From Eledone cirrhosa (taxonomy: Eukaryota), in the NCBI GenBank assembly GCA_964016885.1, contig OZ024752.1, forward strand, positions 24,738,001 to 24,802,000: a stretch of 64,000 nt of DNA. Reading direction: 5' to 3'. Under the pieces are notes generated by a model. That model ran no database searches and was not told the origin of the DNA. It was given only the letters and a program-made list of their open reading frames with translations. How positions within the stretch are numbered: position 1 is the first letter of the stretch; each line of letters starts with the position of its first letter. Shown piece after piece: positions 25,020 to 37,848 of the stretch. Made by a program: the position numbers and the translations under genes.

Positions 25020-27510
25020 AAAACACGGGTAAGCATTAAGAGAAGGATTTTATCCAGGTATTTACGACCGTTTCATTGGTAAGTGCAACCTTATATTGCT
25101 ATACTGCAAATAGCAGCCACTCAATGATAATTGTTGTTTATGTCCAAATTTTCAAAATAGTGAGTAAGTTACTCTTGAAATAGTTCTTAATATATAGAGA
25201 AAAACATTTTTTTTTAAATTGTATTTACTAGTATAGAGAGAGAGGAAGAGGAATTAGAAAGTGAGGGGACAACCGGAATAGTATAGAGAGAGAGGAAGGG
25301 GGAGAAGAGTTAGGAAGTAGAGTGACAAACTGAGATGGAGGGAGGGGTAGAGGTGGAAGGATTCCTTGATCAGTTTTGATACGTAGATTTCATGTCGATT
25401 GTAGTGAGTTAAAGAGAATTAAATTGATCATAGTGGGATGGATGGAGAGAGAGAGAGAGGAGGGGGAGATATAAAGAGATAAATATATATATAAAAAATA
25501 AAGATAAAAATAAAAGTAAAAAGGGGGGGAAAAAGAAGAAAAGAAAAGATAGCCAAAAAGGGGAGGGAAGAAAGGAAGAAAACGAAATGAAGGAGCAGGG
25601 AGGGATATAGGTATTGGTTTTTGTGGGTAATTAAAGGGGTTAGATATAATAAGAGGGTATAAAGTCTAAGTATATGCAGTTTGTCAGTTGGTAGTAAGAG
25701 GTTAAGGGTTCGATTTGCACTTGTAGTGCGAAAACTTTTCTTTGAGTCTATGGTTACAATAAATTGATCTTTCAATTTTATTGTTGAGTAACTTATTCTT
25801 CGAACTCAAAATGTGGAACAGCTCAAGGTCACATAATCGACAGCTTCTCATACCACTCCGATATGGGGGCGCGTTCGATAATTTTTTCCACTTCAAGGTG
25901 TATTGATGGTTACTTTCCCTCAGTTGCCAGGTCTTGTTTGCAAGGGTAGTTACATAACGATGCTAGGAATGTTTCATTGCGTAACGGTGTGTATACCAAC
26001 GGGCTTTAAATGTATTCCCAGTCGCTCCTATGTAATACCATTTCTGGTTGTCTGATTCCACTGTGCTTTGGTAAACCAGGTTAGACTGCATACATTCATT
26101 ATGTAATAGACAGGTTTCAGGTAGGTGGCAGTTACAATTCTTGTCATGGGCAACTTTGGCATTATTGGTGGGCTGCGATGCCTGTACGTTTTGTTTTCCT
26201 ATTAGTGGGTGGTTGTGTATTAGATATTCTGTTGTGTTCAATGGTGATTGTATTGTTATTGTTATAAATTTGTGTTCTGGTGTTATGTATCTTTTTAGCG
26301 TTAAGCATCTTAATGTGTGCCTCTATATTTGGTGCCGGGGAGTAAGATAGTCTAATAGATTTAGTGTTAAGGATTTTGCTGTATCTATGTGAATCTGGAA
26401 AGTGCTTATTTATTATTCTAAAGAAGGGAGAGGGTAGGTTAGTACTAATAGAGGTGTTAAATATGGGGTTATACCAAATATATTTTCTACTGCGTGAATT
26501 GTTTGATTTCGATGTTGTATTTCTATTTACCGTATAATTTGTAGTTTTATGCGTGTGTGCGAGTGTTTCTGGAGTTTGTGTTATGCGTGTTCGTGTGCGC
26601 TTCACGGAGGCTTTCATCTATATATTCTACTCTATCTAAGTGGCCTGCCTTGTCTAGTGCGGTATTGTAGTATTCTGCATGTTCCTCGAAGATTTGTCGG
26701 TTAGACGAGAGGCGGGAGATCCTAAGGGATATGCTGCGTGGAATGGATTTAATTATGGATAGTGGGTGGTTTGAGTTACAGTTGATATATGCTAAGTTTT
26801 CATTAATCTTGTGAAAAGGTCTTATAAGTCCCGTATTTAGGTTAAGCGTCGCGTCTAGAAAGTTAACTGTTTTAGTGGTATACTCATAGGTTATGCTAAG
26901 GCCTAGTTTCCCGAGAGTCTTTCTAATATTCTTACGGAGTCTTTCTATGCTCTGGTTATTTAGGTTCTTAACTAGGAGAAGGGCGTCGTCTCTGTAGATT
27001 CCACCGTGAAGATCGCTAAACTCACTCTGTAAACTATGGGCAATGTAACTTGAGCCGAGTCGTTAGTCCCCATCGTGATGTCAAAGTTATTTAATCTATC
27101 CTTACGTTCCCAATAGGCGTTTTCAAATTTAATTATTGTTTTCCTAGCAGCTAATATGATTTTTATCTCGTCGTCTGTTAGGTCAGAATTGGCTTTGGCG
27201 AATCCTAAGGCTTTATCCAAGGTGTTGGGGGATATAGAGGAGTAATAGTCGTTAATGTCAAATTGTATAAATTTAGATACTTTTTGTTAGCTATATTGTT
27301 AAACCACTTAATTGTTTCGGTAGCGTTACCCCATAGTTTAATCACTAGTTTATTCTTCATTTGTGAAGAATAAACTAGTGATAAACTATCACTCTGTCTA
27401 ATATATGTTCTTCTCCACCTTCCTCTCTCTATATACTATTCCGGTTGTCCCCTCACTTTCTAATTCCTCTTCCTTTCTCTCTATACTAGTAAATACAATT
27501 TTTTAAAAAT
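25020..27510 (-). mobile_element. Penelope-like element, Naiad-type, 5'-truncated with an inverted 3'-UTR copy
   Basis: RT FDITMG and NFLDATLNL; KYIWYNP; CNC..C..C; WYYIGATG; CRLC...CNH. 27400-27510 is the reverse complement of ~25205-25305. Confidence 0.85.
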
Positions 27511-27511
27511 G

Positions 27512-27973
27512 CTACTGTACGTCTGTATACATATATGTATGTACGTGTACATAATTATATTTAAGTAACAGCCGTACTAAGAGTGGGAAATGAAATTTCG
27601 TTTTATTTTTTCCGTTTATCGTTTTCGGTGCACCCGGCCGATTAACACACTCGATATGCAAATTGGGCTACTCAGCCGTTAATATGCATAAATAAGGTAA
27701 GTATATACGTTCAACAATCTGGCAGGGAGGTATACGTTGCTGACGATAGCTAATAAGCTTGAAACTAGTACAGCGTTACTTTTTCAGTGTTGAACAAACG
27801 AGCAACGATGGTTGCTGGACACTACGGCTTAATACGGGATGTTTGTTTACAAACACACCGAGCATTATAATAAATGTTCGGTGAATCCATACGTACATAT
27901 ATATATGTGTGCATGTATGTATATATACATACTACTGTACGTCTGTATACATATATGTATATACGTGTACATA

Positions 27974-27978
<5 letters not shown>
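27512..27978 (+). mobile_element. Non-LTR retrozyme-like ~420-bp repeat, ~1.1 units
   Basis: ctactgtacgtctg at 27512 and 27932 (period 420); homologous to 13096-13515. Confidence 0.82.
27734..27776 (+). ncRNA. Minimal type I hammerhead ribozyme (retrozyme family), intact core
   Basis: acguug CUGACGA u-agcu-aaua-agcu-u GAAA cuag UA cagcgu; 6-bp stem I; predicted cleavage after A27770. Confidence 0.87.
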
Positions 27979-28032
<54 letters not shown>

Positions 28033-28149
28033 CAAGAAGAAGGATGATATTCTGGCGGTTTTCGAGCTTATTCGGAAGTCTGTACAAAAGACTTGATGTT
28101 GTTGATTGTTTAACTAAACGTAAGAGTTTAAAGAAAAAAAAATCTGTAA

Positions 28150-29015
28150 TGGATAATTTCATTGCTATTTCTAGCAGGGTGAGAGACTACGTAGATATAT
28201 AATTGATATTTTATTGAGTGATACTTTCTGATTGGAACTGTGTCTGAAGGTATTAAATTATATCAGGGACTTGTAACGTATTTCACCGGTAAGGGAGTTA
28301 AATCATTTCTAACGACACCGAGTACCTGCTCAGTATCGGCAGAGGATCGGACGTCATGCTTTGACGTATAGAGTTACGGCCCTTGCCATTCTGAGTTCAA
28401 ATCCCGCTGAGGTCAACTTTGGTTTTCATCCTTACGGGGTCGATAAAATAAAGTACCAGTAATGCACTTGGGTAATTGCTGGCCTTGTGCCAAACGTAGA
28501 AACAATTATAACTTTAATTAATCTAATTATATCTTGTGTAACAATTATATATATATATATATATATATACATAATTTTAATTCCCCGACATCAGTCTTAC
28601 ACTGTCATATCTATTCTTACTTTACAATTGTGTCTACTAAGAGTTCCATTACAATCTGTAGTAGCAAAACTACTATTTCACCAGAAGATCTGCTATCAGT
28701 CAATTATAGACAATATATATATTTTAGACCACATATCAACCTAATATATATATATATATATATTTCCTATCAAATCTATAGCTAAAGACGTAAAGTCAGC
28801 CTCCCTACTTCATTCTGACACGATATCAATTTATGACTAAAGATGAAGAAGATACACGAACGTTAATGTCGTGAAATAAAGCTGATAACATTTTTGAATC
28901 ATCTAATTTGATAACAAAGAGATTATTTCTTTGGTTGTTTAGTAAAACTAACAACACAACACATTGATTATATCTGAAGGAGTAAGTTGACAAAGATTTA
29001 CTTAATGTCTATATT
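28150..29015 (+). repeat. Duplicated non-coding module, copy C (putative ZNF 5'-UTR exon region)
   Basis: Highly similar to 9970-10697; GTAAGT at 28982; carries a SINE at 28331-28508 that copy B lacks. Confidence 0.8.
28331..28508 (+). mobile_element. tRNA-derived SINE family 1
   Basis: Same B-box, body and tail as 4196-4377. Confidence 0.85.
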
Positions 29016-29384
29016 AATGTGTGTAAATAATATAATTATGTGAACCCTACAACGATCCAGTAATAATATACAAGTGAAAATATATATAACAACATTAGAA
29101 AAATATATTTCTTCCTCCACTTTTATATATAGAAAAAAAACTTCCAAACTGAAATGTTGATGGGTTATTTTTCAATCAGCAGATTCCACTGTTACATGTG
29201 ATATAAAATATATTGTTATCATGACTGTCTTTATTATTTAAGATACCTCCGTCTATATTTTAACCACTGGAACAACCTCAAACAAGAAACAGTTGTCGCA
29301 CCCTCAGTCAACATTTTAAAGTCAAAAATCGAAATAAATGTTATGAGTGTATATAGATAGATGTATGTTGTGTGTGTATATATA

Positions 29385-29960
29385 CAGTAATCCCCCGCTA
29401 TATCGCGGTTCACTTTCGCGGTTCTGTTACGTCGCGGATATTTCTTTAGAACGTATCTAATTTCCTATCGCGGTAATCATCGCCACATCGCGAATTTTTC
29501 TTTAGGACACATCTATTCTCTTATCGCGGTACGTCTGAATAAAAAATGTTTAAATTTTAAACTTATTAAATAAGTTTCAATGTTATTAAAGTGTATATCG
29601 TAAGGAAGGGACATCTTAAGGCTTTAATTATGAAAAAATGTTTTTCTTTTTCTTTCCATTATTGTTTTACTGATTGTGTTTTGCTCTAATCTACTACAAA
29701 CCCTTCATAGATTGACGGGAAATGTGCAGTGCATTACCAAGTGGCTACCATGGCTGGCAATGGTCCTCATTGGTAACTAGTGGTACGATGGTTGGTGGTA
29801 GTTTCTATACGATCGTTACTGGCTCTTTTTTGTGTTTAAATACAGAAGTGTATTTTAATGAGTTTAAATTTACTTAAAGCGTGAAGGAGAGGTATTTTAA
29901 GGCTTAAACTATGAAAACAACGGTTGTCTTTATGGCCTCCAGGTTGGTTCTGGAACGTAT
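29385..29960. mobile_element. Tc1/mariner-pogo-like MITE, right end truncated by a SINE
   Basis: TA|CAGTAATCCCCCGCTATATCGCGG left terminus with repeated tcgcgg subterminal motifs; no intact right TIR seen. Confidence 0.55.
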
Positions 29961-30150
29961 CATGGCTTAGTAGTTAGAGCATTGGGCTTACAATTAAAAG
30001 GTGGTGAGTTCGATTCTCGGACCAGGTGATGTGTTGTGTCCTTGAGCAAGACACTTTATTTCACGTTGCTCCAGTTTACTCAGCTGTAGAAATAAGCTGT
30101 GATGTCACTGGTACCAAGCTGTATCGGCCATAACCTTTCTCTTGGACATA
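29961..30150 (+). mobile_element. tRNA-derived SINE family 2
   Basis: A-box tggcttagtagt, B-box gagttcgattc, core gtgtccttgagcaagacactt. Confidence 0.8.
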
Positions 30151-30310
30151 TACGTATATAGTGTATATATATTGTATAATATATATAGTGTATATATATG
30201 TTGTGATGTCACTAGTGCCAAGCTGTATCAGCCAAAGCCTTTCTCTTCGACAACATATATAGTGTATAATATATACTGTACACAGTGTATATATAATATG
30301 TATATAGTGT

Positions 30311-33300
30311 CATCATCATCATCATTTAACGTCCATCTTCCACGCTTGGATGGGAGTTTTCCCACTTGAGGCAAGAGTGGTTGTCTTGCTCGCATAGGAC
30401 TGTCTGGCGGGTTTTCTACGGCTAGATGCCCTTCCTAACACCAACCACGTTTACAGTGTCGACTGGGAGGTTTTTACCGTGTTACCTACACGGCCACATT
30501 ACAGCGTGGACTGTGTTTTTTTTTTGTCGTGACACCTACACGACCTCATTTGTTTCGGACTGGATTTTGTGGTACCAACATAACTTTACATTGAAAGGGG
30601 TGGGGGTAGTGGGACGGGGTGTATTTTTGTTAAAGGTGCCTACTGACTGTAGTAGGTTTCACTTTGTACTTAGGTAAGGTGGGTCTTCTGTATTACTGTG
30701 TAGCGCCAAAGATCTCGGTCCAGTGACATTGTCTTGGAGAGGTGTAAGTGTGTGAGGTCGGAATTTATCAAGTCGTCGCAGGTTTTTCTGGGTCTGCCTA
30801 CTCCGTGGCTATCATCTACTTTTATTGCCCTGCACTTTTTTATACAGCTGTCGTCTTTCATGCGCATCACGTGACCAAACCAACGTAGTCTTCTCTCGAG
30901 TAAACAACATCTGATCCCTCTTATTTCTAATTTTTCCCTTAGTTCATTTATGGTTTGCCGTTCACGTATATTACTATTACACATCCAGCGGAGCATGCAA
31001 GCTTCGTTCTTCTCCAGTCTGCGTATATCTCACTGCCATGTAACATTGATGTTCGTATGCAGGCATCATACAGCCTGCCTTTCATTTTTAGAGAGAACCC
31101 TTTAGCGGCTAATAGTGGTATAAGCTCTCTGAACTTTTTCCATCCAGTTCTGACTCTAGCTACTGTACTTTCAGAGCACCCTCCACCACTGCTGATTTTG
31201 TCACCCAAGTAACAGAAGATGTCCACTATTTCTATAGAACCATCTGTGCAATGGAATGAGCTGGTATTCTGTGGGCACTTGTTGCTACTTATTGCACCGG
31301 AGCACCGGCCACATATAAAATCTATGTTCTTAGTTAGCTTACCTGTGATCCCACTACATCTTTTATGTACCCATAGTTTGCATTTGGGACATAAAATGGA
31401 ATTTCTGCCTACTCCTTTCCTACATAATGAGCATGGCCATTCCCCTGAGGGCACCTGTGCTCTATTTTCCTTTCTACAAAATAGAACTTTAGTCTTAGAC
31501 AAGTTAACTTTAAGGCCTTTTGATTCTAGGCCAGGCTTCCATATTTTTTCCTCTCTAGTTCAGCAAGTCTTGAACTCCTCTGTTATAGCCTGAAGGGCAA
31601 TAATAATTAGGAGGGAGCTAAGAACAGAGCCTTTATTTACAATAAATTCTTCACAATATTCATTGTTTATTCTAACCTTACTGACTGTTTCTTTATACAT
31701 AGCTTTTATAGCTCTCACAAGCCATTCATCTACACCTAGTTTTCTAAGAGCCCACCAGATAATGGAGCGGGGGACTCTGTCAAAGGCGTTCTCCAGGTCT
31801 ACAAAAGCTAAGTAGAGGGGTTTACTTTTAGCTAGGTACTTCTCCTGTATTTGTCGTACAAGGAAAAGAATGTCTGTGGTACTTTTACCTGACACAAACC
31901 CAAACTGCATTTCATCTAGATCAATTCGCTCTCTGATTAGTTGCGCTATAACTCTTTCTGTGACCTTCATGACCTGGTCAACTAACTTAATGCCTCTATA
32001 GTTTTCCCTATCTAGAGCATCTCCTTTACCCTTGTAGCAGGTAATGATGATGCTGCTACGCCAGTCTTTATGTATGACCCCATTCTGTATTACTTGGTTA
32101 ACTATACGGGTGACCATAGTGTGTCCCACCATTCCAGATGCCTTCAAAATCTCAGCAACTATCTCCGAAGGCCCAGCTGCCTTGCCTGTCTTCATATCTT
32201 TGATTGCTTTACTTATTATACTACCTTTAACTTGCACCACTGGTCCCTCTATTGGATCGATTTGGGGCAGACTTTTTCCCATTTATTCTCCTCATTTAGT
32301 AGTCTCTCGTAGTGACACTTCCAGGCTATCTTCTTATCAGTATCAGTGAGGTCAAGTACACCGTTATCATTATGGACACACTTCTCCCCGACAATATCAC
32401 GGTTTTCACACAATCCTGAACACCTCACGTTTTTGGTCCTCACGTTGTAGAACATGCTTGAACTTTCTATCCTCTGCTTCCCTTTTTGCAAGGTACACTT
32501 GTCTCCTAGCTTCTCTCCTGGCCACTTGATAGTGTTCTCTACTTCCCCCATCCTGCCATACTTTCCAAGCCTGATTTTTGGCCTTGATTGCCTCCTCCAC
32601 CTTACTGTTTCACCAAGTTACTCTCCTCCTACCTATAGGTCTGCTCCAGCCACAGATTTCATCCATTGCTTTCAGCAGGTTCACTTTCATGGATTGCCAC
32701 TGTTCCTCTATATTTTACGTCTATAATTGCTCTTCCTTATTGTCAAAGGCATCAAGTAATAAACTTTTAAATTTGTCACTGGCTATGGGGTCCTTTAACT
32801 TCCATATTCCTTTCCTCAAGGTAGGCCTCCTCTGTATGTCTATTCCTGACTATGAGGTCACTAACTACTAGGCTATGTTGGGAGGTGTATTCTTCATGGG
32901 GGAGGGATTTAGTGTTTACAACAGACACTTTGTCACGTCTTCTAGTAAGGATATAATCTATCTGGCTGGCGTGTTCCCCTGATCTATAGGTGATCAAGTG
33001 GTTTTCAGGTTTTTTGAAGTTTGTGTTACAGATAGTTAGGTTATTAGCATCACAGAATTCCAGGATTCTGAAGCCCTCCTCATTTCTATTTCCAACCCCA
33101 TAGCCTCCATGGATTCCATCATAGCCATCACTATGTTGTCCAACGTGACCGTTTAGATCGCCAGCAAAAATTAAGTAGTTGCTGTCGGTTATTTGGGAGG
33201 TAGTGTGCATTAGCGTCACATAGAACCTGTCCTTTATAACGTCAGGTAGACCAGATTGGGGTGCATAAGCAGATATTATTGTCACAGTAGTTCTATTTAG

Positions 33301-33700
33301 GACTAGTCTTAATTTAATTATTCTGTCATTCACTCTATTTACGTCAATTACCTTATCTACCCATTTTTCAGCTAACATAATTACTACTCCACCCAGTCAT
33401 TTCCCACCCAGAAAAGTTTATAGCATCGTTTTTTTACCCACGACGAATCTGGCAGACCCACCTCTCCACCTAGTCCCTTGAATACAACTTCTTTACGTTC
33501 AAGCATCTCTACAACCTCATTTGAGCGACCTTTCATGGTACCAACTCTGAAGTTGGGAGGGTGGGAGGGGTGTGGAAGGCGGAATTATGTTGGTCATCCT
33601 GCAGCAGGAGGAGAATTTATCTTTATCTGTGACATTGTCATTGAGTGCTTAGACTTTCCAAATTCCGCAGTCCACCCGTCAAACAGGTCTAAACTTAAGG
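30311..33700 (-). mobile_element. Near full-length RTE LINE (APE - RT - PHD-like finger - C-terminus), inactivated
   Basis: ISAYAPQ, GDLNGHVG, SQIDYIL, NYRGIKL, QFGFVSG, FVDLENAFD, WPCSLC...CPKCKLWVHKRC...CGRC; (CAT)n tail at 30311. The YADD segment is deleted near 31560. Confidence 0.92.
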
Positions 33701-34630
33701 AATAGTAACCGAGGTGGTAGCTTTGCTATACTGATTTGTTACTGAGAACTTACGATAAGCCGCTGAGTTATGATTGGACCATATAGCAATGATGGTGTCT
33801 GAGGGGTGGGAAATGGGTAACTTTAGGAGAAGATTAGTTTTTAGGAAGGGTCCAACAGAATGAGACATATTATTAAAAACATGTAAGATATTAATTGAAA
33901 ATCCGAGAGAAAAACAGAGAATTTGAATTCTATATATACTGTACATAGTGTATGTATAATATATATATATAGAGTATATATATTATACATAGTGTATATA
34001 TATATAGTATATATAGTATATATGTTGTGAAATCACTGGTGCCAAGCTGTATCAGCCATTACTTTTCCCTTGGACAACATCATATATAGTGTATAATATA
34101 TAGTGTACACAGTGTATATATAATATATATATAGTGTATATATATGTTGTGATGTCACTGGTACCAAGCTGTATCAGTCATTACCTTTCCCTTGGACAAC
34201 ATCGGTGGCATGGAGTGAGAGACTGGTATAAATGGGTCTTCCTCAAACAACCATACTTATCTTCCTACTCCATAGCTTCCAACAGCTTTTATCACCTCAT
34301 CCCAGGTCTTCCTACTTCACAGCTTCCATTAATTTTATAAAATGACTTAGAAAAAATTTTAATCAAAGTCAAAATTTAATCCCAAAGAGAGCAAATTGGA
34401 ACATTATCCACTGAAAGTTGCTTAACCCTTTAACATTCAAACTGGCCATAACTGGCCAGAATTTTGTCCTCTTTTTTGTTTTAAATCAGCCATAATTGGC
34501 CACTCATACTGATGTTAAGGTATTGTTTTCAATATAAATAATATCAAAATCTCATAGATTCGATATTATGTGACACATGTAGAAATATAATAGTATATAT
34601 GTAGTAATGTAAATGCCAAAGGGTTTAACC

Positions 34631-34665
34631 CTGAAGAAAGGACTGTTAGGTCCCGCAATATTGGA
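34631..34665 (+). ncRNA. Degenerate orphan hammerhead-like motif
   Basis: CUGAAGA aa-ggac-uguuag-gucc-c GCAA uauugg; GAAA appears as GCAA; followed by an aataaa motif. Confidence 0.35.
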
Positions 34666-34831
34666 CAAATAAAAGAACAAAACCAAAAAACAAAACAAAG
34701 ATTACCAGGTAACCTTTACTTTTCCTTACCTCATCTTAGAGTCCATTTTGCATTGTTTAGCCTTCTATCTCTTTCAACGTTATATATTATATAGAATGCT
34801 TCAAGCAAATTACAACATTTTATTTTATATA

Positions 34832-35300
34832 TCATCATCATCATCATCAATTAACGTCCATCTTCCAAGCTAGCATGGGTTAGACAGGTCCCATTTAGTG
34901 GCAATTTGGGTCAGGTGACCATGTCTCACTCATATAGGGGTGTTTCTGGCTAGCTTTCTACGGCTGGATGCCCTTCCTAACACCAACCACATTGACAGTG
35001 TGGACTGGGTGCATTTCCCAAGACACCTACATGTCTACTTTACAGTGTGGGCTGGGTGCTTTTTGCTGTGTCTTTTACATGTCCAGTGTGGGTGGGATAT
35101 ATATATATATATGTCTGTGTCATCACCATTTAACGTCCATTTTTCCATTCTGGCAAGGGTTAGATGGGTCATCCACGCCAGGAGGCAAGTCTGGCCATGG
35201 TTGGCCATGTGTCACACCTTGCTCAGGCGAGGTCTGTAAATTTGGTCTGGTATTTTACAGCTGGATTCCCTTCCTAACATGAACCATGTTCACAGTGTAG
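34832..35300 (-). mobile_element. Two RTE 3'-UTR/tail fragments
   Basis: (CAT)n plus ttaacgtcca...gcatgggttaga and ctggatgcccttcctaac motifs shared with 30311-30460 and 37849-38050. Confidence 0.7.
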
Positions 35301-35678
35301 AACTGGATGGCTCTGTTATGAGGAGGGACAGGCCAGTTGGCTGCACTGAACCCATCTCACAGTGGAACTACAATTTTGTGCTTGGTACTGGGTGGCACTA
35401 TTATGAGGAGGGGTGGCCAGCCAGCTGAGGTTACCATAGTTATGGGAACTGGTACTGGATGGTACAGTTACGAGAAGGGCTGGCTAGTTGGCTGCACCAC
35501 TACAGGGAGGGTAGCCAGTCGGCCGAGCCAAACCCATCTCACAAGTTTGCCATAGTTTTGGGGCCCTGTACTAGATGACACTGCTATCGTGATGGTTTAG
35601 CTGTAGTTTGACATATATATAGCCTTGATTTATATAAATAAACATCACACAGGTATATTTCTACAGTTTACCAATGTA

Positions 35679-35812
35679 CTGTATTTACTGGCGCCGAAGA
35701 TGACCATATTTTTGAAGAAAAATAATAAACAACCTTCGGCCTCCAGGACGTATGGTAGATTTTTGAGACTTATTTCAGGGGAAAAGTAACATCTTCGACG
35801 CTGGTAAAAATG
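35679..35812. mobile_element. Short pogo/Tigger-like MITE
   Basis: Imperfect TIRs ctgtatttactggcgccgaagatg / catcttcgacgctggtaaaaatg after TA; absent from the paralogous segment at 36022-36123. Confidence 0.6.
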
Positions 35813-36470
35813 TGAAATTTCCACTGTTAAATCTATCTCTGTATTTTAAGTATTCTTTATTATCTCATACTGTTTCTTTCTTATAAGTCCTATAAGAATA
35901 CATTTTTTGCTAAACTGCCATAGAGCAGACCTCCCCAGAGATAGAAGGATATAATTTATAGAGCATGCTGGAATACCATTACTCAAATTGGAGAGAATTG
36001 CTCTGGACAGGAAAGTTGATATCTACAGTTTACCAATATAGAAATATAAAATTTCCACTGTTAAATCTATCTTTGCTTCTAAAGTATTCTCTATTATCTC
36101 ATACTGTTTCTTTCTTATTTCAGAATATCAGATGACATTGGGATGAATTATTATTTTCAATCTTGGATACATCTCTATTTATCATCATTTGAAGACTAAA
36201 ACTTTTAAACAGAACTTATATAACACTGTTTATATAAATCTCTCGTCGTATTACTGTGAAATATTTCCACAAAACTGAGTTTATTTTCCTCACTATGTGA
36301 TGGTTTTGTATTTTAAGTAAACTTGGATGAAACATAAGTTTGTATTATCTTCAGATATTAACTGAAATATAGTTGAGGGAAATATAGAAGAAGAAATATT
36401 TTATAAGAAATATAATATAAAAAATATTACAAGTAAAACATTTGTATGTTCTGTTGAAGAAGAAATCATT

Positions 36471-37650
36471 ATGGAAAATAAATTGAGTGAAAAGATTAAA
36501 TGTGAAACACAATCCAAAATGTTTAATATTCCTGGTGAGATGACAAAGGTTAGAGAAGAGAAGCCATATCACTCTGATATCTGTGGTAAATCAGTCAATA
36601 AAAGTAGTACCTTAACTACTCACAAAGTTATACATACAGCAGATAAGCCATATCACTCTGATATCTGTGGTAAATCATTCTCTGATAGAAGTACCTTACA
36701 TTCTCACATACGTACCCATATCACTGCGATATCTGTGGTAAACCATTCTCTGGAAGTGGTAACTTAATTATGCACAAACGTATACATACAGGAGTCAAGC
36801 CATATCACTGTGATATCTGTGGTAAATCATTCTCTCAAAGTGGTACCTTAACTAGCCACAAACGTATTCATACAGGAGACAAGCCATATCATTGTGAAAT
36901 CTGTGGTAAATCATTCTCTCAAAGTAGTGCCTTAACTAGCCACAAACGTATCCATACAGGGGAGATGCCATACCACCGTGAAATCTGTGGTATATCATTC
37001 TCTCAAAGTAGTTGCTTAATTACTCACAAACATATACATACAGGGGTCAAGCCATATCACTGTGATATCCGTGGTAAATCATTCTCTGAAGGTAGTACCT
37101 TAACTACTCACAAACTTATACATACAGGAGATAAGCCATATCCCTGTGATATCTGTGGTAAATCATTCTCTCAAAGTAATAACTTAACTAGACACAAACG
37201 TATACATACAGGAGACAAGCCATATTACTGTGATATCTGTGACAAAACATTCTCTGGAAGTAGTAGCTTAACTAGACACATACATACACATACAGGAGAC
37301 AAACCATATCACTGTGATATCTGTGGTATATCATTCTCTGGGAAAAGTAGCCTAACTACTCACAAACTTATACATGCAGAAGAGAAATCATAAGGCATTG
37401 ACATCAGTAATAAATCATTCCCTCAAATTTGTAAATTAATGAGAATACAAATACATATCATTTTGACATGTGAGGGAAATCATTCTCTTTGAATGTTACA
37501 TTAACTACACACAAACATATACATACAGCTGGGAAGCCATATCACTTTGATATATTTGGTAAATCTTTCTCTAAATGTTGTGGCTTCACTAGACACTAAC
37601 ATATACAGGAGAGGAACCATATCACTGTGATGTCTGTGATAAATTATTCT
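36471..37650 (+). pseudogene. Decaying C2H2 zinc-finger gene (~10 fingers plus 3' remnants)
   Basis: First two fingers have C->S; frameshifting linker deletion near 36715; the 36770-37393 ORF has 7 fingers, 2 with C->R; degenerate fingers continue past the stop. Candidate splice acceptor at 36123. Confidence 0.85.
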
Positions 37651-37848
37651 CTTGTAAAGATTACTTAATGCAACACCTATTAGACAAGATAAAAACCATA
37701 TCACTCATCCAAAATAGTGCCACCAATGTTGTTAATATTTTGAATAAAACTGTTTTACTAAGAAATTCTTCTCCTTTCATTTTATTTGTAGAAGTTGTAA
37801 CCAAGAGTTTTGTTGACAAAACTGTAGCGTTCAGAATTTACATACGCT

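Noticed and set aside
25055-25080. Minus-strand GAAACggucGUA resembling an HHR 3' half in the Naiad UTR
   Set aside because: No CUGAnGA partner found upstream on that strand.
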